DNA of 64,000 nucleotides, taken from assembly GCA_002269645.1 (NCBI GenBank), contig NIVC01000558.1, positions 434,001 to 498,000 of the forward strand, in the 5' to 3' direction. The position numbers and the translations under genes were made by a program. Positions 39,101 to 48,175 of the stretch are shown here, one piece after another; position 1 is the stretch's first letter, and the number at the start of each line of letters is the position of its first letter. Under the pieces are notes generated by a model. That model had not been told where the DNA came from. It did not search any database and saw only the letters and a program-made list of their open reading frames with translations. Source of the stretch: Macrostomum lignano. Taxonomy: Eukaryota.

Positions 39101-42100
39101 ATTAGGTAGGCCTAGAGCATTAGCCTTGTATGCCAAAAGTTAGGGATATACAATTGACATGCACAATTGGCAATGGCTAAAGTTCTGGCACCGGAATGGA
39201 ACCCTTTTTTAATGGCTATGGATCCAGTAATCATATTCCAATAGTGCAGTTTATGGGTAAAATATAGCAAAAACATTTTACTTTTTAATCAGTGGTTGAT
39301 ATTGAGATTAGTTCAAGAGAAGATCAAAATGAAATGATAAGATTCAAATCAAGATACTTCTAATGTTCAAGACTTCATTAGTAGATAACTGCTTGCAGAA
39401 GACTGCCACTCTAGATCAATAGCCATTAGAAAATAGGTTCCTATGCCGGAACCTTAGCCATTATTGCATAGACACCTGGCATGCACTTCATAAAATCATG
39501 TGGAAGAGTTAGTATTTAGTAGAAAAAAAAAGATAGAAATAAGGCATTTAAACTATAGGCCTAGTTGTAGATAGTATAAACAAGGGGTACTAGTTGTTTC
39601 AATGACAAGTTGTTTAGATGACAAAAAGTTGTTTCGGTAACAAGTTGCTTTTGTGATAAACATATCATTTTTATGAAAAAATTAAAGATTTCACGAGTAT
39701 TGACATTTTAGTGATAAGAGGCACTTTATAATATTAGCTAGTGGTAATTTTGTTAAGATTTATGTTTCATACTATATTTAAAAATTTTCGTCAAAAGATT
39801 GATACATATAAGAAAAGAAAAATCAAACTAATTATTTTGTTTTCTTCCTGTGCAGATCATTTTGAATTAACCCAGAGTATTCAGTTACATAAACCATAAT
39901 AAACCTAATAGAGAATCCTTATGAAATTCCAACTATAAAAAAGCAGAGATATTCATAGGATGTTGACTACATTTAGATTAGAGAACATAATTCAAAAGAC
40001 TGCAACTTTGTAATTGTGAATAAACAAAATTAAATAAAGCAATTACTTTACCATTTCAAAAAATTATAAAATTTTAGGTTCTATAATAGACTATATCCCT
40101 TAAGATTCGTGTAAATATAAAAGGTAATTTTCTGTTTAAAAACAGAATGGCTATCACTAAAAGGGTATTTTTCTTGTCATCGAAATGACTTTTGCTTATT
40201 ACCAAAAGGACAATTACCAAAATGTCTTGTCACCAAAACAACTATAATCCTAAATAAGAAAGATAAACAAGCAGCCAAATTATCTGCCAAAAAGATGATT
40301 TATGAAACACAAAAAACCTTCCCCTATACAAAAAAGCTCATTTGCCATGGCGATGCAAAAAAGGTTATTTATTGTTGCAATGCTAGCATGCCATAGGACT
40401 AGCCATAGATTTGAGTGTAGGCATGCCATAGTCCCATAGTCCAGATCATACATGCGCAACCCCCTTGATTTACACTGGCCATGCAACTTACTTTTTGACC
40501 AAAAATGCAACTTACCTATAAAAGAAACTTTAATGCAATTTTGTTTAAACAGTAGGAGTAACTATGACTATCTTATAAGGGCTAAATGTCTCGTCATCTA
40601 ATTAGTACTATGTCTATTCTTTAGGCTGGGCATTTTTGCAACTTACCCCTGGTCCACCACAATTTACGGTGGCTAGATTGGCTAGGTCAGCCAGCAGTTG
40701 CGCATGTATGGTCCAGATCATGCTGGGTGCATGCCCAAACAAAAATTGAACAATTACAAATGCACACAGAAAAAATTGAGGGCATGCCATTTGTCAAAAA
40801 TATGCCAGTGTTGCGACAATAAATGACCATAATGACCATTTTTTACATTTTGACAAAAATGATCTTCTTTTAAATGTGTAATAGACCCCTACTAACAGAT
40901 AATTTAGTTGATTTTTATGCTTTTTGGCAATATTATTCATAGCAGAAAATTGATACACACAAATATCTATAGAAATGCTTATTTACGAGCTTGAAAAAAC
41001 AGGAAAGTTTGAAATTTATGCTTGAAATTTAACTTTTTTCAGTTTTTTCTACTTCGCAATAACTCTTACACGTGATTGCATAAATTGTATACCAGGTATG
41101 CACGCATACTTTTTTCCCACAAGTGATGCAGGCCAATTGTGCATGCTTAATTTTGGTGTGCAAGGCCAATGCTGGATCATGTTATCTGTATCTGCATATG
41201 TTATGCAGATATGCTATGCAGAGTTATCTGCATATCTGCATGCACTAATTATTTGGCATGCATTAGTAACTATTCAATATTTGTTTGGGTGCGCAACAAG
41301 CATGATCCAGACTAGGCCCCAATGCACTTAAAGGCTCAAAAATATAAATTATAAATTCAGATCAAATTATTTTATGTTTCACCTACCAATTTTATCAATG
41401 TCTTCAATGTGTCCATTGAATGTGTCCATGCGCAGCAAAGTAGAAGCAGAAACACTTCCTTCTGTTGCATTTTGGCTTAACTGTGTATAGGACATTTTTA
41501 CGCGAGAAAATGGTTAATAAATATATAAGGAATTGGGGCGCAATATAGGAAGAAAACAACGCTTGCAAAGGGAATCGATATTATTTAGAAAAACACAAGT
41601 CAAAAAATTTGATCATGTTTCTTAGTTTGAACTTTTTTTACTAAGTAAAACAAATATATAAGCATAATTGTCAGCTGCAATAATTATAAAGAGGCACTTT
41701 CTCAAGTTATATGCAATAATAATTTGCGCGAAACACACTTGCGTGCAGCATGTACAGTGTACGTGTACATTGTTGTTCCTTACTAAACGCGGTAAAATAA
41801 AAGAAATGCATGTACACAGTCCTGAAAACGTGTGCAACCCTAAATTAGAAATCCCTAAACTCGATCTATTTTATCTCTGGCACCGACAAGCGCACGGGCA
41901 TACATGCATATGTATGTACTGCGCACATGCATGCTGCATGAATGTGTTCGGCTGTGCTACTGTTGTGGCGTCTACAGGCCTGGCCATCAGCATCATATAC
42001 ATGTACATGTAGGCAACGGACATGCATCCTACGAAATCATGCCAACTTCAAATTGAATGAAGTACTAAAAACAAATGATCGAACATGTTAAACGAGCAAA

Positions 42101-43121
42101 TTAAGCTGCTGATATCCGGCCACTCGCTTTTCTATCAGCACTTCTTGGAATCATTTAGAAGAATTGCAGAATTGCGGCCTTTAATTATTGATGCATGTCG
42201 TCTGCATGGCAGAGCCCGACAGTCTTCAAAGTGTTTTTACCACTGATCCCGACACTATACAGCCGCAATGGCAATGAACATACAGCAGGCGGAGGTCGAC
42301 GTCAGCTAGCATAGCCACAAGGGAGACACTCTTCGCTTGACGCGCGTCGACAAATGCATTTTTGCAGCAGAAAAAGTTATCGTCGCACACATGATATGTA
42401 TGCAAATACTTGTATTAATTGTTTCAAATTCGAAATTAGTTTGTACTTGCAATCTAGTGCGGCTAGTTACAAACAGAAGTAAAATCTCATTCGGTACTAA
42501 CCAAAGGGAAATATATATGCAAACTGATCGCTAGTTATTTGTGCGATTATTTTTCAATTCCATTGACGCGATTGCGAAAACTTATCTATGTATTTATAGT
42601 TGGGTTTAATAAACACGTATAAACTGACACAACATAAACATTACTGGTACATAGATTTTGTACCCTCTTATAAAATATCTGGTGTTGCTAGAGCTAGTTT
42701 GGTGCAATGTTGATTTTGAGGTGCGGATCAATCAAAAAAATAAAATTACAAGCTAAAGCTAAACACGAAAAGGACGTGACAAAAACAAATTAAGATATAG
42801 ATGTACGTTTTTTATGAAGCATTGTTTCTTTGTTTCGGTGTTTCAAACTTTTGGTGTGTATTACGTAACGCAAAAACGCAGCTTACTTGTATCTAATATA
42901 TGAAATATTTGTATAGTTTTGCTTTATACAGTATAAGGTGCAGTTCCTAGGGTACATTGTGCATGGAGCGCAAGTATTTTTGTACGTCGTAGAAAAATAG
43001 CATTAGATGTAATATTAGAAAAATTAATTTCAAATTTAAGCCGCGAATTGAAAACATGATTTTTAAAGTTCGTCTACTGACAAGACTGACAAATAGTCGA
43101 ATTAGAAATATAATTCTTAGA

Positions 43122-43445
43122 GTCTGGGGGCATCGCCACCTGGGGCTACAGGGGTGGACATGTCCTCCCAGTAAAAGCTGTGGTTGGCATGCCAATGCTT
43201 TGTCCCCCCACCCACCTTGTTTTTTACCCTAGGAAACGAATAAGTTTGCTTCAGGGCGCCAAAATAAGTTTTGTCCGCGGAGCTAAAACGAGTGTCTGTG
43301 GAGCTAAAATGAGTGTTTGAGGAGCTAAAACGAGTGTCTGCGGAGCTAAAATGAGTGTCTGACTGCGGCGCCAAAAGAATCAAATTTAGTCATTTTTCTT
43401 GGCTTTGTCCCCCCCCCCCATTCACAAGTCCATGGCGACGCCCAA
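43122..43445. mobile_element. Possible ~320-bp MITE
   Basis: Short inverted ends GGGCATCGCCA / TGGCGACGCCC and an internal GGAGCTAAAA repeat; no clear TSD found. Confidence 0.35.
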
Positions 43446-43549
43446 GTTGCGTAGTGTTTGTGAGCTACTAAGTGTACATGTACATGTAATATATAGTTAC
43501 ATGTGTGTAAAACAAGCCCTTGCAGTTACAAATCGCAGTTCTCGATCTG

Positions 43550-44701
43550 TCAGGCTGCTCGATCTGGAGCTTGAGCCACGTTAGCGCGGCCGCCTGCTGC
43601 GTTCGACTCCCGATGAGACATCAAATCTGCCATCAGCTTTGAAAAGTACACACGAAATTGCGGATTTCGCCGCATAACTATTGGAAAACTGCATGACTGG
43701 CCGATCAAAGACAGGGATCCAATGATAGCTAGAGAGTTCACCATTGTCCGCGAGGTATCATCAGTTGGATCAGCAGAGTAACCCCGGATTGTCAGGGCCC
43801 AGTAGAGAGCGACTGTAGGAAGCTGAGCAACCAATCTCACCATTGCCAAGAGCAGCACAACAATGGCTCCGTTTACTCCGTCGTGTCCTGGCGGCCCGTT
43901 TGCACTGCTGGGTGCATTGGCATGCCTTTCGAGGTTGTGCTTTCTTGCCCAGACAAGTCTCGTAATGAAGAACAGCAGGCCCAGATTCAGTAGCAGAACC
44001 GTAACCAGAATTACACTTGGCGGATTGCAGATTAGACTCCAGTAGAGCAAGGCAAGATTGTCGTTCGTTTCGAAGAAGCAGGCCACGATTATGCTTCCAT
44101 TTGAGTTTGTAAAAGACCTTCGTTTGCCAGCTAAGATAGGCGGTATGGACAGCAAAGCCGATGCGAGCACAGCTACCAGCATTGCGCGCAAGGCGGTCTT
44201 AGGACCAAAAGTTCTGAATCGAAACGGCGCCAAAAATGACATTGCTCTGTCAGCTACCATCATCAATAGTACCGATGCGGACATCAACGGGCAGACAGTG
44301 ATGATTGACATGTACATTTTGCAGCCCAAATATCCGTCATTCTGCATGATGTAGCCAACAGTGCCACCGCTGAGCCAGGGAAGTCCTCTGCTCAAAAAGA
44401 AGTTCACTAATCCGAACACAGGCATGGATACAGAGTCTGCAAGAGCGACGCCGCCAACGTAGACATTCTGCCGATTGATGGGTCGGATTTTTACCAGCAT
44501 GCCGTAGGCAACAAAGCCGTTACCAAGGAAACCAAGAAGGATGATGAGCGGAAGCAGACAGCCGCAGGCAATACCCGCTATCTTGGCCGTGATGCAACGA
44601 ATCTGTCTAACTGAGTCGCCTCCAAAGCATTCAACCAGCAGGATGAACATGTTGTGATAGTAGATTATTCCACCCGAGGAGCTGGCCGACGTCGAATTCA
44701 T
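43550..44701 (-). CDS. Intronless rhodopsin-class (family A) GPCR, probably a peptide receptor, 383 aa
   Basis: Seven hydrophobic segments; TM1 GFLGNGFV, TM2 VALAD, TM3 Cys (GCKMY) and DRA (DRY variant), TM4 PILA, ECL2 Cys, TM6 QLP. Confidence 0.85.
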   Translation of the reverse strand: MNSTSASSSGGIIYYHNMFILLVECFGGDSVRQIRCITAKIAGIACGCLLPLIILLGFLGNGFVAYGMLVKIRPINRQNVYVGGVALADSVSMPVFGLVNFFLSRGLPWLSGGTVGYIMQNDGYLGCKMYMSIITVCPLMSASVLLMMVADRAMSFLAPFRFRTFGPKTALRAMLVAVLASALLSIPPILAGKRRSFTNSNGSIIVACFFETNDNLALLYWSLICNPPSVILVTVLLLNLGLLFFITRLVWARKHNLERHANAPSSANGPPGHDGVNGAIVVLLLAMVRLVAQLPTVALYWALTIRGYSADPTDDTSRTMVNSLAIIGSLSLIGQSCSFPIVMRRNPQFRVYFSKLMADLMSHRESNAAGGRANVAQAPDRAA

Positions 44702-45035
44702 GGTGGGTACTTTTCTACGGAAAATTGTTTTAAACGAGAAAAACTGATGAAACTAAAGACTTACGCGTTTGAAGATGAATTAAGACAGCTTCTGCCGTTC
44801 GTGGTTTCCTTCTAGCCCTTGGACCAGTCAAGCCAGGTTTAGCAAGTTCCAGTTTTCCCATTTTATTGGATAATGGAAAACTATTGGACACTTTAATTGG
44901 GACGGTTTTTGTCTGTTGCCTATTTCGGTAATGGATGTTTTCACTAGTCCAGTAGTACTGCATGTAGTCCTAGTCAGGGACAAATCTCCTCCGGAGTTCA
45001 ATTAGTCCGTCTAAAATTTTCATCAGTGCCATGAG

Positions 45036-45956
45036 ACTACTATATGAACCCGTATGGCGCGATTTTGGAGGTGAGGTGGGTGTCAACCCTCCTCGCCTCT
45101 CATTGGCTGGCGCCCCGATCACTAGGTGATCGATACCCGTATCGATATCGGCGCTCGGCGCGCGCGCGCCGCAGGCGCGTGGCGCCAAGCGCCGCAGGCG
45201 ACCCTCCCCAGCCACCGGCGACCCTCCCCAGCCGCAGGCGCACCTACCGATATTAGATCCCAATAAATCAATCAGATCCCAAATCAATCAGATCCCAAGC
45301 GCACCCTCCCGAGCCGCAGGCGCCCATGCCGCAGGCACCCCGAGTGTACACTCTACCGAGCCGCAGGCACCCCGAGTGTACACTCTACCGAGCCACAGGC
45401 ACCCCGAGTGTACACTCTACCGAGCCGCAGGCACCCCGAGTGTACACTCTACCGATATGTACACTCTACCACTCTCCCGATATGTAGTCAACGATATTAG
45501 GCTAGTGAAAACTACTTATAGTAGGTGAAATTGAGTATATTTACATAAAAATGTAGATAAAACATATTGGTAGGTGAATAATGACGCATATTGCATATTA
45601 AAATGTACATATTGGAGCATATGAGCAGCAAAAACACACAATGTAGGTGTATGGGCAGAAATAGACAAAGCAGGTACTGTAGGCGCTACATAGGTGGAAA
45701 TACACACACACACAGCAGGTTTACAAAGTGTACTTTCGATACATATCGGATTAATGTATAAAGCGGGTTTACAAGGCATGCATAAGGCGTAGTTGTATAA
45801 TGCAGGTGCGCATGTATAATCAGATTATAGGCAAACGCCCAGGTGCAACAGACGCGTAAATAATGTCACACCGACTAAAGAGTAAATATTGTCTAACCCG
45901 CAGGTGCATAAAAATTTTAAACAAAAGCGGTTCGGGGAAATCCCAAAAGGGAGGTT
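45036..45956 (+). repeat. Left terminal inverted repeat (921 bp), begins ACTACTATATGAACCCG
   Basis: Reverse complement of 53630-54550; mirrored ORF translations are identical (45516..45779 vs 53807..54070; 45044..45256 vs 54330..54542). Confidence 0.95.
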
Positions 45957-46270
45957 TTAGCCGCCCGTTTTCGCCACCGCCGCCGCCGCCCTAACCCTCT
46001 TATAGGTACAATTGCGTTGAAAGTATTTCGAGTCATTAGGTTGTAATGACCCTCCATATTTTAGGTGGGTGGACTCGAGCCCGGGGCCAGCCCATTTCAG
46101 TTTTTTGGGCCGGCCCCTCTGCCAATTTCCTCCCTAGGAGCGAGCTATCAGAATTGGTCTTTTAACCCCCGTGTATACACCCATAGAGGCCCCCCAGCTA
46201 GCGCCCATTCTAACCTACCCAGTGTACAGTGTTGGGTTCCCCAAACCGCGTACAAAGAGAAATACCCTTA

Positions 46271-47285
46271 TCAGTCAATCTCCATACGCTCCCTCAGGGC
46301 TGTCTCGTACGCGGCCTCTTCCTCCACGCTCTCGAAGCAGTAGTCGGATGACTGGCAATGTGGAAATTATAACAGTCAATGTAGATAGAATATATGCAAG
46401 GTATATGATTAGATGAGTTGTGTATATAATGTAATATCTTACCAAATCTAAATCGTCCTCCAGCCGCCACAGACGTAGAGACGCTGTATAGCGCACCAAC
46501 GAAAGGTGCTCCTCCCAGTTGGAGGGCCATGCGACGGGCTCATCCCACGCAGTTGGCCGCGCTCCCGGACCGGCCAGGTACGCCTCAGAGTCGGGGGCAT
46601 ACGAATTGCGCCCCATCAACCAGTCCTGGTGCAGAGTCTCAGCCTCCAACACCTCCCGTAGGCCGGCACCCCTCGCAACCAAAGTATCAAGAACCCGATT
46701 AAAGGCTCTGACAAAGGTAGCTTGGGAGGGCAGCCCGCCAGGATGCCGAGACCTCAGCCAGTCAATGTCCCCGCGGAAAAATGAGGCCACAATGCGAGGA
46801 AAGCGCTCACGAACCACGGCGATCTCCTCAGACATATCCTCGTCCTCGTCGTCGAAGAGAAGGAGCGTAGCGGCTGATGATATTGAGGCCCGGTGGGAGG
46901 TAGTTGAAGCAGCAGCAGAGACGGGCGTAGTAGAGGCGGCAGCAGCAGAGACGGGCGCAGCAGAGGCAGGGCCGGTTGTGGTCAGCTCCTCAACAGAGAC
47001 GTCAAAGAGGGCGGCTGAGGCGGTAGTCAAATCGGAGGCAGTAGCAGCAGGGGCACCGTTCACAACCCCGCCGATAGCCAGCAGCGGGAGGTCAAAAACT
47101 TCAGACTCGGTGTCGCTATCATAGGACATAGCCCAAGCTAGATATTGATCAGCCTCCCAATTATCAGTTCCGTTGTTTTCAGTGCCTAGGGGAACTATGT
47201 GTTCAGGGATATCCCCGTCGAGGCTGGTTAACTCTTCAGTCGGGCGATTATTATCCCAGAGGTTGGATAGAGCTCGGCGGGACAT
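46271..47285 (-). CDS. Element ORF3: acidic orphan protein, ~307 aa. Exons 47285-46443 and 46351-46271
   Basis: ATG at 47285 (MSRRALSNLW). GT-AG intron 46442-46352 (TTG|GTAAGA...CCAG|TCA) removes the Tyr/Ile-rich tail seen in the ORF track and joins DDLDL to SSDYCFESVEEEAAYETALRERMEID*. TATATAA at 47364-47358. Confidence 0.65.
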
Positions 47286-47400
47286 GCTAGAATCAACAGA
47301 GAGTAAAGTATTAGAGCTGAGATAGGGTTTGACTCTCTGGAGAGGGGGAAACACTAATTATATAGACGGATCGAGTGAGGCGGTGCGAACCAATAGGAAA

Positions 47401-47933
47401 CTAGCAGTCCCAACCCTCGTTAAACAGATTTTCCCAGGGTGGAGATTGGTAGGGTTTGAGACCCATGAGCTGAAGAACATCCACCTCAGTCCCGGCTACC
47501 GGAGGCGTGTCTGTCTTGACTCGCTTGGCTGGAGGGGGTGCCTCAGGTGCCGGCTTGAAGAGCTTGTCCAAACGGGCGGCAAACATCCGGCGCCACAGTT
47601 CAGGCGTGAATTCGATCGTGTAGCGCCAATTAAACTTTGGGTCCTGATTGAGCCAATTGCGCAGCAAACGGATCCTCCCTCGCGAAGCTTCAACTGCCTT
47701 GAAATTGCCCAACAGGACCCGCTTGTTCACGTGAAGGCGGGCAGCAGCCTCCAGGTCAGGGCGCGCGCTTCGAGCTTCTTCCACTCTGGCTCGGCCAAGT
47801 AGATTGCAGGGAAGCCGTCCTTCCACACTCCGGCCTCGTTGGTGTAGAGACGCCGAATTTCAATCAAGTTGTGTTCAGTTTCAAATGTGGGCTTCCGCGC
47901 CACAAAGTTTTCGTATAGAGAGATAGAAGACAT
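47401..47933 (-). CDS. Element ORF2: tandem PC4/Sub1-like (putative ssDNA-binding) protein, ~177 aa, with one apparent 1-nt frameshift near 47759-47761
   Basis: LIEIRRLYTNEAGVWKDGFPAIYLAEPEWKKL aligns by eye with PC4 LIDIREYW...[20 protein letters not shown]. A second, more divergent repeat reads KRVLLGNFK...IRLLRNW...IEFTPELW, followed by NLS-like PPAKRVK. TATATAA at 47989-47983. Confidence 0.6.
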
Positions 47934-48175
47934 GATTTAGCAGCAGCAGCAGCAGAGAGCTCTCTGACAGCCGTGCAGCGCCTTATATACCCCCGGGTGG
48001 AGGGTGGGGTGGGTGATGATTTTGGGGTGATTTTTGATGATTTTGGTTGGTTTTTGGCGATTTATCCAATAACAGGCGAGCTGAGCAGATTTTTTAGTAT
48101 ATATACAGACCCCCAGAGCCAGGGTAGAGAGTTAAATCCTTCTCTCTCCGCTCTCTCACGCTCTCTGTTTGCAAA
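47934..48175. promoter_or_regulatory. Compact divergent promoter region between ORF2 and pPolB
   Basis: TATATAA on the minus strand ~50 nt before the ORF2 ATG; TATATATA on the plus strand ~75 nt before the pPolB ATG (48176). Confidence 0.5.

Noticed and set aside
45328-45455. Regularly spaced palindromic repeats resembling a CRISPR array
   Set aside because: Units are contiguous with no unique spacers, there are no cas genes, and the context is eukaryotic
44970-45779. ORFs inside the TIRs (and mirrors 53807..54565)
   Set aside because: Short, no family features, duplicated only because of the TIR; used only as evidence of TIR identity
46275-47354. 359-aa ORF as the missing integrase or capsid
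   Set aside because: No DDE or HHCC motifs and no beta-rich jelly-roll character; its Tyr/Ile-rich end is intronic and its first 23 codons precede the ATG
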